Part shown: positions 25,580-38,831 of the stretch, piece after piece
How the letters are laid out: the number at the start of each line of letters is the position of its first letter
Position numbering within the stretch: position 1 is the stretch's first letter
Assembly (NCBI GenBank): GCA_030704615.1
Contig: CM060734.1
Span: 30,876,001 to 30,940,000, forward strand
DNA length: 64,000 nucleotides
DNA from: Takakia lepidozioides
Taxonomy: Eukaryota > Plantae > Bryophyta
Reading direction: 5' to 3'
Made by a program: the position numbers and the translations under genes
The notes under the pieces: generated by a model
The model's input: the letters and a program-made list of their open reading frames with translations, nothing else
What the model was told of the DNA's origin: nothing
Databases searched by the model: none

Positions 25580-28185
25580 TTATGGGTTTGTAACCCGCTG
25601 TAGAAGTGTGTTGACTTCGTTGAAACTCATAGTGGCTTGGTGACCTGTGGATATTCCGCAATTCCATCTCTGATCCAGGGGAACACGTGGCGTCAAGAAG
25701 TTGACCCTGTCTGCCCTATCGGAATTTGCATCCGATCCCGGAGGGATGTCCAATTTCCGTTTGCAAGACCCGAATCTCTCTTCGCCTTCCAGATGGGGAA
25801 CTCTTCCCACGAGAGGGGTGCCAACTGCACATATGCTCACTGCCCGCGCTATTTTGCTGGGATCCCCTGATCTTCCAGCTGCCCGCAACATCAACTCGCT
25901 CTTGTCTGGGCCTTTGCCACCAAGGCCACCCCTCAAGAATGACCTGTATCTGGTTTGCTGCTGCAGAGCACGAATAAGGTCATCGGCCGTCGCCGCATAC
26001 AAATCTCTTCCTTTTTTGTTGGATTGCTGCAACCACGCATTGTGCACTGTCTCCACTAGATTGAAAGAAGGCATGTCCGCCATCTCCTCAATGGACATAT
26101 GCTACAAGGCAAAAAACACAAAGCCGATATTAGGATTGGACCCTGAAAGATATATCCGAAGAACCCAAACAAAGGTGAATGCAAACCACTCACCGTTGTC
26201 ATGGCCGCTCCCCACTGTCGGTAACGGAAGTGCCAAAATGCGAACCAGTCTTCCAGTGCCCTCATGCTGTCCTTCGATGCCGCTCCAGATGAGTACCACC
26301 AGGCACGAATTGTCTGGAACAATGTATTCGCTTCCCCCATAGTTTTGGCGTCTTTGTACTGTTTGCACAGTTGACGATGCATACTCTGCATATCTGGCTT
26401 GATGTATGTCTTTGTGTGTTTGTCCAGGGATTGTGTCCAATGGAAAAGACACGTACGTTCTCTTCCAGGCATTGGCACTTTTGGATCTCCCGTCCTGAAC
26501 ACAATGCGGATAGCGTTGAAGTTAGCTTGAGCACTATCGGCCATAAAACCAACAAAATTGGGAGATGGGAGACCATTGGAGGCCATAACACGAATGAGAG
26601 CTTCCCACATGAGCTACTGTGAATTTGTGTCCTCTGACTGCATGTCACACACTGCAATTGTCATGACCCGCTGATACACAGGGTCGTAAACATGACATGC
26701 CATTGTGGTCCAGTCTTTAACCCTCTTGACGTGATCGAACATAAGGAAGCAGTTGCCAAGATCGCCACCCTTCTGCATACGTTTAACCAGGCTGACCCCG
26801 CTGCCCTCACCTTTTGTGGACATTTTGAACAAGAACACTTTCCTGGCTCCTTGTCCCGGGAAAACGCTATCTTGGATGTAGTCGTACATGCTCCTTTTCT
26901 TCAAATCCATAATATTGTCCATATAACCTCGGCTCCCAGAGCCCATTCTTAAAGCGTTCACCTGATTCCTAATGTTTGGAGAAGTCAAAGTTGAGAAATG
27001 GTCCATAACAATGTCCAAAGCTGGTCCCTCCAGTATTCCTCCAACCGAATTTGATGCACACAGAATACGGCTTTCCATAAAGGACTTGCTCGCCCCCATG
27101 GCAATTGCAGATGTCAGACGCGAGACTGTGTTAACGCTCTCCCTATAATCCCCCTTGGACACAGGGTGGTTGTGAAAACCGAAATGGACACAGGCTCTAG
27201 TCAGGGTTTTGAATCGATGCACCACATAATACATTCTGGCGCCACACAAAGCAAGGCAGCAAGGTGGTACCCTACAGAACTTGCACACAAAAGTGTTACT
27301 GTATGGTGGTGTCACCCCAGGCTTGAATGGATTCTCACTGACACCATCCCATTCGCTTTGGTTTTGCACACCTGACAATGCGAAGTGTCTGCATTTCATA
27401 TTCTCGCATTTCAGGTGCCCATTACAGACTGTTCGCCTGAATATGAGGTTGTCGTTGTTGTGAATATTGGAGGTTTTTGTGCGGCACCAAGGGTGCCCAT
27501 CGTGCTTTTTGTCCATTCCTTCCAGGAGACTGGAAATTCCCCCCACGCGACCAGGAGGAGGCAGCTCGAAAACAATATTACCATCAAAAGATTCCGGCAA
27601 GAATGCCACCCTCTGAATATTGAAAGTGCTCCAGTCTATCCCCCCCAACTCACTCTTGAATCCTGCCATCCCACACATGGCTTTCAGTTTAGGAATGACA
27701 CTGGTGATCTCCTCCACATCTGTTTCTTCATGTGGACATGGCTGATCCACGGGTGGTAGTGCACATGCGTCATCGGAGGATGAGTCCGAAAGCTCAACTA
27801 CAGTGTTAACGGTACTTGTCTCCTTTTTGACAACCACGGGTGTTTTCTCCTGGGCCACTGATGCTGCCGTGCCAGGAGTTACGAACGATCCTGCAGACTG
27901 TCTCAGAGGAGCACTAAGCACCCTGTATCTGCCTGGAGGCACTCTCCATTGTGTGGTTGGTGCAGTATGCGAAGGTTTCTGGAACGCGTACTTGAGCAGT
28001 TTTCCATTGGCATCGTATACTTCCTTCTGAAGGAATAGAGTTCCATTTTCCAACCGAAACAGCGTTGCGAGGACGAGTTCATGCACCACCGCAAAACCAT
28101 CATCTTCCACCTCGTAAGAAAATGGCACAGGGTGGTCCTCACTGAAGAAGTCCACGTCAAGGGAGCCCATGGCCTGGGAGGCCAT
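25580..28185 (-). pseudogene. Inner MULE transposase (GCM/WRKY-like zinc domain plus DDE core); premature stop and SWIM region deleted
   Basis: DGHPW...CNGHLKC...CGARMY...HNH; catalytic-type MFDHVKRV, FMADSAQA, CLFH (CxxH) and NLVETVHNAW. In-frame TAG at 26614-26616; GT-AG intron at 26102-26193. Confidence 0.85.
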
Positions 28186-28865
28186 CTGCCAATGTTGCTT
28201 CTGAACGCAGAGTTCACCGTCCGATGGTGCTTCTGAATGCAGAGTGTATTAGAGCGAAGTTTTTGGCTGCATAGAAGACGTCCTTACACACAATTGCAGG
28301 TATCGGTCCTGCTTGCAGATCTCCTAACGCGGGTTGGCACATCAAAGAAATGTGTCCCCGTGTGAACCAAGCGGATGGTGACAGAGTGCCCAACTGCGGA
28401 GTGCATAATGTCAGCCCTAATGAAAGAATCCAACTGTTATTTCGCAGGTGCCCCAACAGTGCATTGGTTGAGAGGTTGACTGACAGAGCCGCCATTTGGC
28501 TGTCATGTCAAAGAGTCCAGAAGAGATGCCCATTTCCATTCAATTTTAACGGCACCTGCACCGCTGTACAACTGTACATACTTGACATTCCTCTGAAACA
28601 TCCCAAAAGATATTACCCAATAATGAACTTTTTTGGATGAGAGGAGTTTATACCCGAACGAATTTTGGATGGAAGAGGAACTAATGATTTCCGCAGATAT
28701 TCATAACGGTTAGATGGGCACGTGTTCGCCATGCATGTGGAATGAGCATGTGGCGAACAGGTTGTTCCGAGCGATCATCTTGGCGTTGAAGGCCTTGCGG
28801 TGACCCTCCCCTAGCCCTCTTTTTCCTTCTTTTCCTTATTGTCCTTGCAACCCTGGATTCTGCAG

Positions 28866-31800
28866 AGACGGTGACCCCACTCCGAGGGAGAAGCAAGCGT
28901 CGAAGAACACTTTATTTCACATCAAACAAGCAAAGGGCACGCGCTAAGGAGAGGATGAGGAAGGCGAGACGGGAACTTAGATTGGGTGAAGAAACCTCCG
29001 GCGGAGATGAGAACGAAGGGCAAAATAGGATTTTGCAACCACAGTTTGGAGATGAAGGTCTTGAAGTGATCCCGGAGGCGACCGAAGAGCAACCTCCAAT
29101 AGAAGGGGGGGAGGACGAGGAAGTGAGCTGGGCTCGGGAGGAAGCACTGCGAGTGGAGAACCAGGTCTCGAAAGAGCAGGGAGGAGAGATGGACGCGGAA
29201 ACTCTACCGTCCGCCCTTGTTTCGCACCACCGGGACCTCCTCGGAAGCATGCTACCTCCAGACCCCATGGAAAAGTTGAATGCCTCAGGAGCATCATCAA
29301 GTGCAAAGAAGAAACCGGAGGTGGCTATGAACTGTCTTTTGCCTTCTCTGCTTTTGTCTTTTTCATGCTAAACATAGAGGTCGACTTCAACCTTGCGTTG
29401 ACGCAAGGTTGATTTCGACCTCCTAAGTATATGATGTGGGCATGAAAATAGTGCAGAAGCTGCACTACAAACAAGCTATGCAGAGCTGGGGAAGATGAAT
29501 GCTTCCGATGCATCATCAATTGCTAAGATGAAAGCAGAGAATGCAATCTACTTTTCCAATAGATATTTTGTTTGCTGAACACCAAATCGAGAGCTCCTAA
29601 TCAACCTTGTGTCAACGCAAGGTTGATGCCGACCTCCAGAGTGTATGTTTAGGGTTTAGGTGAATCAAAGCAAATGCAGCACTCAAATCAACCTTGCGTT
29701 GACACGAGGCTGATTTTGATGCCTCTTTTGTTCACTCCAAGAGGCCGAATTCTCGTACAATGAACTGCAAGGTAGGGAAAGTTGATTATTTGAAGCTCCC
29801 AGAAGAACCCTGCGTCAACGCAATATACTGGGTTCAAAAGAAATTTCGGGATGCCTTTCAGACTAAGCTACATCCCCATCAATCAACCTTGCGTCAACGC
29901 AAGGTTGATCCATGGGAGCTCAATCTGTCACTCACATGATATTCATTCTTTGCAGAGGAAAAGAAAAAGGAAATCCGTCGGGGAAGATTTGGCAGTGACA
30001 GAAGGTGATTTTGAGGAAGAGTCATTGGAGGGCCACTATGAAGACAAGGCCGAGGAGATTATGGGTGGGCAAAAAGTGAACTCATCGAAGGTGATTCTGT
30101 CGATGGAGGTTCCCGGCGGAAACCTGGTCATTCCGCTTTGCAGGATGATCTCCATGCCCGCTGTTCGACCAACATTGAGGAATGACATCACGAAGTTGAA
30201 GAACGACTTTGTTCACGGCTATGTCAAGGGATCTGCAGTGTTCTACGTATCCACTATGAACACAAAAGGAGAGGAGTGTCTTGTAACGGAGGACATTGAA
30301 CAAAGTTGGGATGCATGCTGGCGGGATGTAAACAAGGAGTTCGAGTTTAATCTGTCCAAAAAGGCCTCCACAAAAGCATTCATGGGAAAGATGTTTTTTG
30401 TCTGGGATGGGAACCACAGACTGCTTGCTTGGATGGATTACATTTCAAGCATGCACACGGACGACATCGAATGGCACTGGAGCGTGGTTTCCATGGTTCT
30501 CGACCACAAAGGACGTGTCACGCAGCTCCTTACAACCATGCACGACATAAACAAGTAAGTTGCCAACATTGTGTCTGTTCCGAGTTCCCACAATTTGGAA
30601 TCCACTTATGAGTTGAAGGTTTTTCCAGGTCCAATGAAACCTCTGATGTGACGACCAATCTCTGCCACACTCTATTCCGCATCCAGAAGATAGGGCTAAT
30701 GCCATTGGATTCATTCACAAACGTGCTCAGTCCTCAGCAGATGAAGAGGTGTGCTGAGAAGAAGACAAGCACATGGTACAGCTTGACAAGAGAGGCTTTT
30801 CTTGACTACATGTACACTGTAAGCTTCTTGACACCTGTTTGCTTGTTGTTACTGCAGATTTTGTCAAGAAACGCCAGTGTTTGATTCTTTTACCTGTTAT
30901 GAATGCAGCAAGAAATAGCAAAAACTGGTTTGAAGGCGAAAGCTGAGTACTATGATTCCCACACAGAAGAGCAGAGGTCTGCAACTGGGCTTGAGGACAT
31001 GATGAAATTCGAGATGAACAATCAAAGGAAGAACCTCATGAGTGCATTCGACAAACAAATCCGGATAGCAGATCCAGGTCTTGGCACGGAATTTCTAGAG
31101 CAGGTGAAAGCACATTATGACAAGTATGGCTCTAAGCCAGAAATGACTCGAGAAACTACATCGCCTTTCCATTTCAATGGTGGACAATGCAACCAAAATC
31201 AGGTGGTTGGAGATCTGGAATTCGGATCCACTTGTGAGAGACACCAACATGTTCCCAACTCCTGAGAGGGACTCGAAGACACAAGCAATAAAAGTTGTTA
31301 GCGACCACACATTCGACCAGTGGCTACACAAAGCCACATTCTGGAGCCAGGTATGGTTTCCACAAAACCATTGTCAGAAAGTAGTGTTGCTCCGTAATGT
31401 CTCGCAAATTCTTATGAGCTTTCTTGTTGCAGTTAGAAAAACGTGCAGTCGAGATTCTCTCGGTGTTAGAAATGAGCTTGAGGAGCAGGGTCGCATGCGC
31501 CATCTATGGGCCAAACAAAATCCAGATGGCTTGCCCCCGGATCACACTGGAGGCCTACATCAGCAGATGGAAGCTCACTGTCTGGAACAACTGCTTCTTC
31601 AGGGAGTTTAAGAAAGACAAAGGAATCTCCAGGTCGTACGAATTCAAAAACCAGTACAACAGCGAGCAAGCAATGAAACGAGTGTTGTACAAGTGTGACC
31701 TCCTTGAAACAAATTTGGTACTTGAAGGGCATGTTTCCGCATTCTTGTGTTGTACTTTCTATATAGCAGCTCAAATTTGCAGGTTATGAGGGAGCTCTGA

Positions 31801-34698
31801 GGGCTCTGGATGTGCAATCGAGCAACATTGCGTTAACGCAAGCTTGTATCCCGTTGTTTTGGTTTCAATTTCCTATAGGTGGGGTCTCCCATAATGCCAT
31901 TTTTCTCCATGTGAAAGGTGAAAAACTGACAGGAAAATCAGCCTTGCGTCAACGCAATGTTGATGAAGGGCCAGGCTATGTATGTTTACCTGGGTTTTTG
32001 GGCTATAATTTGCTGTCATTTCCAGTTTCAATGCTGCCAAGATGAACATAAAGTCTGTTTGGAGTCTGTTTGAAATGCTATTTAGAGCTTATTCTGTACC
32101 ATCAAACAGACTTGCGTTGACACAACGTTGTTTGGTGGTATGGATTGCTAGAAATGTCCCGCAGCAATACCCCGATTTCCATACAATTGTAGGAAAGTTG
32201 TGGTTGTCAGATACCATGGACATGTGTTTCAACAGAGGAAATCAACATTGCGCCAACGCAATGTTGAATATCCGTACCAGTAGATATTCGAAAGGATGTT
32301 TTCAAGCACTGTTTTCCATTTCCACTGTAAATGAAAACAACCTTGCGTTGAAGCAATGTTGAATTGCCCTTGTCAAAGAACAGTTCTCCGCATTTTGTGT
32401 TTCCCATTTCTGCTCGATTCAACATTGCGTCAACGCAAGGTTGATTCGGGACTGCAAAGGTGATTTCTGCGTGTTGCTTTCCTGCATTTCAATATCATTT
32501 TCCTGATGTGTGATCTGTTTCATTTTCAGATCGAATGACTGCCTGGATTTTGTGTGTGTGATTCAGGTACATGTATCATGTCCTCATACCTGGAAAGTAC
32601 CTTAGCGATGACCCAGACTTCATCTACTCATGGGCTGACCCCTCCAATGACAGGACAATGTACACGGCTGGTATTGCCAGAGACTGGAGCAGGGCGCACT
32701 TCAGAGACTGTGGGTGGTACCTCGACCTGCCAAAACAAGACACACCATTCGATGAAGTTGTTTTGAGAAACCTGAACGACAACGCCGCAGCAATTGCCCC
32801 ACTGGCTGACAAAGACATTCAGGATAGAATCATTTCTGCTCTGGTTGCAAAAGAGCCCGAGAAATCTGCTACTCCAAAACGAAAGGGGAAGATTGTCGGG
32901 GATCCAAAGGGGAAGGGGAAAAGTGCAGCTCCTCAAGGACAGGGACCGTCAGAGGTCCCTGAAAGACAGCCTTCTCCAACTAGGAGGGATAGGAGAACAT
33001 CAAAGTCGAGGGAGCAGCCTTTCGAGGCGAGAGAACATCCCTCCAGGGTTTTGGGACAGTTCAATCGTCAGGTGCTGAATGAAAGTTTTCTTGCAATGAT
33101 GGAGTCCAGGAAGTCCACATTCAAAGGGGTGCCCTCGAAATCATGGGACATGCTTGTTTCGTTCCTCACTCAGGTAAGCACATATGTCTTAACTATTGTA
33201 TGAGTGATTTTGGTTTGGCCACTTGTTCTGACTTGTCCAGGGTGTTGATCTCGTGCTGGATTTGGATTTGGCTTCTTACACTGTCTCCTGTTTTTTGCTG
33301 AAGGTCACAAAAAGTCCGGATTGGATGAATGGAGTTCAGCAGGCATACGCGACTGACCTTGTGGTGCTGGACATTCCTGACGGTTTTCCTGTCCCTGATG
33401 TGTTCCCTTCCAATTCGACCCCGACTTGGAACAAATTGGATTCTCGTTACTGGCAGTGGGCTTTCTCATTCAGCAACAAATTCCTTTCTGACTCGGGGGC
33501 TCTTCTTCTCATGCAGTCAAAGGACACGTCGGCACGAAGAACTCTTTTCAGCTACATGAAAGCTTCCGGGTTTCGTGTCATCAAAACTTGGACATGCATC
33601 AATACTCTGCCTCTTACGAAGGGCGAGTTCCCGGGGCAGAAAGTGAGTTGGTTCCTTTCAATTAAAGTTTCATGGTTTTTCAGTAAATCAAAAGGTAGGT
33701 TGTGTCTTTTGCCTCATGCTCTTTTCGTGATTATTGACAGACTTGAGTGTTCGAAGCTTTGTGCCTGGTGAGGCGGAATGACACTCTTCCTCCTGGTGTT
33801 GCTGAGTTCCAGTTGAGGGACCTCGTAGCTCACATTGACCCCACCTGCGAGCCTGTGGAGGATGATGTTATCTTCAATTACGTCGACTCGGGTCGAACTA
33901 TGAAAAGGTCGATTGGTGTCCCTTGGAGAGGTGCACGGGAGAAATCTCCAGCTTTCATGCAGACTTTGGTGGAGACATCCAGCTTTCATGCAGACAGCCG
34001 TCATGGTAGACGACTGGTTGACTTGTCTATGGGCACAGGTGGGGCCCTTCACATTGTGTTTGACATATGGGCAGTGACCTTAGGGAAGCCCTGTTTTAAT
34101 TTCTCGTTCATCTTGGATTTGCAGGAGCATCTTTTCATGCTTGCAAGAGCGCCGGAAGGCACTTCTTTGGCATGGAGGCTGATACGGAGCTCTTCTCAAG
34201 TGAGCTTCGTCAGCTTGAGTCCGGCACTACTTCTGCCCCATCCACACAGGGACTTCTGGAGGAGCCCGAAGCGCCTGAGGAGGATCTCGACGTGGACTCT
34301 GATTTTGAGTGTGAGTAAGTTCGGCTGTAGTCGTGCAAAATATATTGCATTTACTTGTGTCATTCCCGTTTGACAGATGGTTGCTTATATTGTCTATATC
34401 TGGATGTTAACATCTACCACCATTCCTCTTCTTGCTTTCCAGAGTTCGGCACCAGTCATCGAATCAGCAGACACCTTTCGGTTTCCAAGGATATTACATG
34501 TCCCCGAGTCCCCCTAGAGCTTACCGCTTGCCGGTTTACGCTGAAGCTTGCGCACGGGTGTTATCCCAACAATCAATGTATTCGCATCTATATGAAGGTC
34601 GTGAAAAAAAAAAACATCGCGGATGTGCTGCTGTATTCATAGATGATATTGCTGTAAACTCTGGAAGTGGTTCCTCTGAAACCTCCAATAGTTCTTGA
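28866..34698 (+). pseudogene. Inner cargo gene: multi-exon ParB/Srx-like domain plus unknown domain plus beta-class N6A/N4C DNA methyltransferase-like domain
   Basis: Approximate exons 28866-29320, 29956-30554 (VWDGNHRLLAW), 30629-30818, 30909-31350, 31433-~31720, 32568-33173, 33305-33641 (DLVVLDIPDG), 33741-34038 (REKSPAFMQ...LVDLSMGT), 34125-34312 (GASFHACKSAGRHFFGMEAD) and a tail to 34698. At least one frameshift and one stop. Confidence 0.75.
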
Positions 34699-35164
34699 GG
34701 TTCAAGTACTGAGGCTCAATAAATTGTGTTTTGGTTTTGCTTCCATCCCCAAACTGTTTTTCAAGTTCATTGCGCGTTCCCGTAAGTACAGTTAGGGATT
34801 GCCTGGGGTAGGTCTTCGGAATCCGGAATTGAAAAATGTTTGTGGGTTGGAATGAATGTACTGCTTTGCAAAACAAAAGGGTTTGCTTTTAATATTCAGT
34901 TCTCTAGTGGGCGATCTCCTCATTCCAAAGGGATGACCTCAATCATAAACCATCCGCAAACCTGCCATTGTTCTCGGCTAGAAAGAATATTCATGTGGGG
35001 GCAATGAAGAGGGATAAAAAATAAGGATCCGCGGTAATAGGGGAAGCCAGGGGGAAAGCACGGTATTAGGGCCTGAACACGTGGATGCTTGCTTACGTGG
35101 CGTGAGCGAAGCCAGGCTCACAGGCTCACAGGCTCACGCGGCCAGGCTCGCGCAAGCATCCCCC

Positions 35165-38094
35165 TGTCGTAGGTCATGTCATGAACAACAGACGTGGAAG
35201 TGATGATTGTGAATACCCGACCATATCCTGGATCGGGTACTTCCGTGGTGCTTCCAACATGAGCTTGGAGCATTCTTGCGGACTCCACTTTGCCAAAGTG
35301 TTCAGCGGTTGGAGGGAAACGCCGAACGAGCTTTCCATCTCGTTTGGTTGGCCACAAGTCAGGATTTGCCGGGGGGACCCGGGAGGACGCAGAAGTAGTA
35401 GCACATGCATGGAGTTGGGGTTGTCTCGCAAGGGAAAAGCCTGCCTCCTCCAGCATTTCAATCTCCTGAAATCTGATATGTGTTCCCACCTTGACGGGCC
35501 AAATGGTTGGAGGAGATGGCTTCATCACTACGGAAGGACGCACAGTTCCATGCACACATCTGGCACAATCATCTGTGCAGAACCAGAACTTGTGGTTCTT
35601 GGCTTGTGGTTGACCGTATGGACGCATCAAACCCGTGAAAGTCGGAGCAGGAGTTCGGGCACCACCTCTGGATATAAATGAAGTGCACTTCTTGAAATTA
35701 GTTGCCCTGATCGCTGTACATGTTACACGAGACCCTACACTTGTGCGTTCTATGTGCCAAACGTGGTCGGGGCATGCGAACTCAAGCACATCAAGGGGGT
35801 TGTTTCTCTCCTGCACCATTTCAGTGGCACTGTTTGATGCTGGAGCTTGCCGTCGTGTTGGAGGTTCCTCCACAATGGAGGTTCCGGACATGGAGCTGTC
35901 ATGCAGGGGAACACGAGGCTTCGAGAAGTTATCACGGTCTGCCCTGTGCGAATCGGAATCCGAACCAGGTGGAGTGTTCAATTTCCTCTTACAGGAGCCG
36001 AATCTCTCCTCCCCTTCAAGATGTGGAACTCTAGAAACAAGTGGCGTTCCCTGGGCATACATGCTCACCGCCCGTGCTATCTTGATTGGATCCCCAGATC
36101 TATTTGCAGCACGCAACATCAACTCCCATTTGTCCAAACCCTTGCCACCAACCCCACCTCGCAAGAAATCACGGTATCGGGTTTGTTATTGCAAGACACG
36201 TATCAAATCAACTGTTGTTGCCACATACAAATCCCGACCTCGTTTCCCAGACTGCTGCAACCATGCGTTGTGCACAGTTTCTGCCAAATTGCAAGATGGC
36301 ATGTCCGCCATTTCCTCAATGGACATGTTCTGCAAAGTGGAGAACCACACTTCAAAACAGTGAACAGAAAACAACATAAAGAAAGCGAGGACACAATAAA
36401 ATGGAAGTAAATGTATGAATAAAGCAAGAAATATAAGCCTCGTACCACTGGCATGGCTGCTCCCCACTGTCTATACCGGAAGTGCCAAAACGCCAGCCAA
36501 TCTTCCAATGCTCTCATACTCTCAAGTGATGCAGCTCCAGAAGAGAACCACCAGGCACGAATTGTCTGGAACAAGGTGTCCGCCTCCTTCATTGTTCTAG
36601 CATCTTTGTACTCTTTGCACAATTTACGGTGCTGAGTCTGCATCTCTGGTTTGATGTCCGACTTTGTATGTTTTTCCAGAGATTGTGTCCAATGGAATAG
36701 ACATGTACGCTCTCTTCCTCGCATTGGCACTTTTGGGTCGCCCGATCCGAAGACAATACGAACAACATTGAAATTTGCTTAAGCACTATCCACCATGAAA
36801 CCTGCGAAATTTGGAGATGGCAGCCCATGGCAACCCATGACACGTATCAAATCTGATGCCGAATGTTAGGTGAACTCAAAGTGGAGAAATGATCCATGAC
36901 CAGGTCCAATGCTGCACCGTCAAGTTTAGTCCCCACAGAATCCCCTTCACTCAAAATATGGCTTTCCAAGAAGGACTTGCTTGTGCCAAGAGCAATTGCA
37001 GATGTTGTTGCGGATGGGTTTCTCCTGAATTCTTGTTTAATCAATCTCGATACTGTCTCAACACTGTCCCTGTAATCCCCCTTCGAGACAGGATGGTTAT
37101 GGAATCCGAAATGCACACAAGCTCTTGTCATTGTTTCCAAACGGTGGACAACATAGTACATTCTTGCTCCGCAGAGCGCCAAGCAGGATGGCACAAGTTT
37201 GCAGAATTTGCAGACGAAAGTGTTTGCCGGTGGTGGGGCAGTCCCAGGCTGAAATGGATTTTCCGCCAGACCCTCCCATTCGCTTTGATTATGAACCCCA
37301 GACTGAAGAAAGTGTCTGCAATTCAAATTATCACACCTAAGGTGTCCATTGCAAACTGTTCTCCTGAAAACAAGCTTGTCATCATTCTGAATATTGGATG
37401 TTTTTGTTCTGCACCACGGGTGCCCGTCGTGTTTCTTGTCCATTCCATGCATCAGATTGTTACACCTCCAACTCGCGGAGGAGGAGGCAGCTCGAATAGG
37501 ATATCGCCATTAAAAGTCTCTGGCAAGAACTTCACAGGCACCTGCTTCAAAGATTCCCAATCAATTCCTCGCAACTCACTTTGAATCCAGCCATTCCTCC
37601 CATTGCCCGTAATTTTGGAATGACACTACAAATCTCTTCTTCATCAGCTTCTCCAACCACAGTAGGAAGGACTGGATTTGGAATTTCACTTATGTCATCA
37701 TCGGACGAATCCGAAAGCTCAAAGATTGGAGTGGAGGACGTCTGTTCTTTTTTCACCACCACCTCCCTCTTGTCTTCAACGACCGAAGCAGCAGTCCCGG
37801 GCGTCACATATGACCCAATGGACTTTTGCCGAGGCTCTCCAAGTACTCTGTATCGACCAGGGCGCACTCTCCACTGGCTGACATGAGCCGTCTCATCACG
37901 GTTTGGAAAGAGTATTTCAACAACTTCCCTTTCAAATCGTACACCTCTTTCTCCAAAAAGATGGAGCCATTCTGAAGCTGAAAACGGGTAGCCAAGACAT
38001 GTTCCAGAACAATTGCAAATCCATTGTCAAGGACTTCCTGGGAGAACGGCACTGGTTTGTCGTCAGAGAAGAACTCCGCTTCAGAGGAAGCCAT
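35165..38094 (-). pseudogene. Outer MULE transposase (N-terminal, GCM-like, partial DDE, Cys-rich segment), interrupted by the inner element
   Basis: Colinear with the inner transposase (MASSEAEFFSDDKPVPFS, DGHPWCRTKTSNI, CLFH, NLAETVHNAW). Frameshifts, and a deletion at about 36847 that removes the FDHVKRV segment. Confidence 0.85.
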
Positions 38095-38831
38095 CTTCCT
38101 TCCTCGCGTACGTTGATACCTTGCTATCGCAGACCTTCAGTGTAAATCGGTTTACTGATGTCTCCAGAACACAGTTGAAAAATAAGCAGAGAATATGGCG
38201 GAGGAAGCTCAGACGACGACTGTGCATATTCTGTTATTCCTTCCAGATATGCAGCCGTCCATTTTAATTACTTTTCTTGTGGGCCCAGTGGTCAGAGTAT
38301 CCCTAGGAGCAATGTCGGCAGCTGTTAAACCGTTAATCAGAACCTCATCAATAAACACAATAACAAGCCAACTTCCTGGAAGCATGCCACATGATCTGAG
38401 GGTGGGATTGCAGATTAAGTAAATGTATCTTTTATACTACTACCAATGATCATGCGCACCTGGAAAGTTCAAATGTGAAACGAACGTGGGGTGGCTAACA
38501 AGGATGACCGTGTATAATATCCCAAAATTTGTCATCAAACTTCATTTACATATATTTGTCTAAGACTGTGCGCCAAGATTTCTGGGATTCACTGTTATTT
38601 TTAAATATTGAAACCGTTCTAAGAAAGAACACGCCGTTTATTTTGGGCGACACACGTCAGACATCGATAACTGAATACGAACAGCTGTACACTGGCATGT
38701 GCACTAATAAGGGAACGACTATGTGTAACGGTCATGCGAGAGGGAATCCGATGCTTCTAGAGACAAGCAACAACGCACGCAATCCCGCAAGAAATCGGGA
38801 GTCACTTCGTTTTTCTACTTTTCGCGCTTAG

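Larger units (their letters stand above)
24746..35164. mobile_element. Mutator-like (MULE) transposon, inner element nested in the outer transposase gene
   Basis: Perfect 9-bp TSD TGTCGTAGG at 24737-24745 and 35165-35173. Ends CAACGACGC... and ...GCATCCCCC. Same gene layout as the outer element. Confidence 0.93.

Noticed and set aside
28866-34698. Bacterial or phage contamination as the source of the ParB-MTase gene
   Set aside because: The gene has multiple GT-AG introns conserved in two copies and lies inside TSD-bounded elements contiguous with plant retrotransposons.
35181-36410. Plus-strand ORFs of 166-242 aa over the transposase
   Set aside because: Antisense shadows of the minus-strand transposase with no independent motifs.
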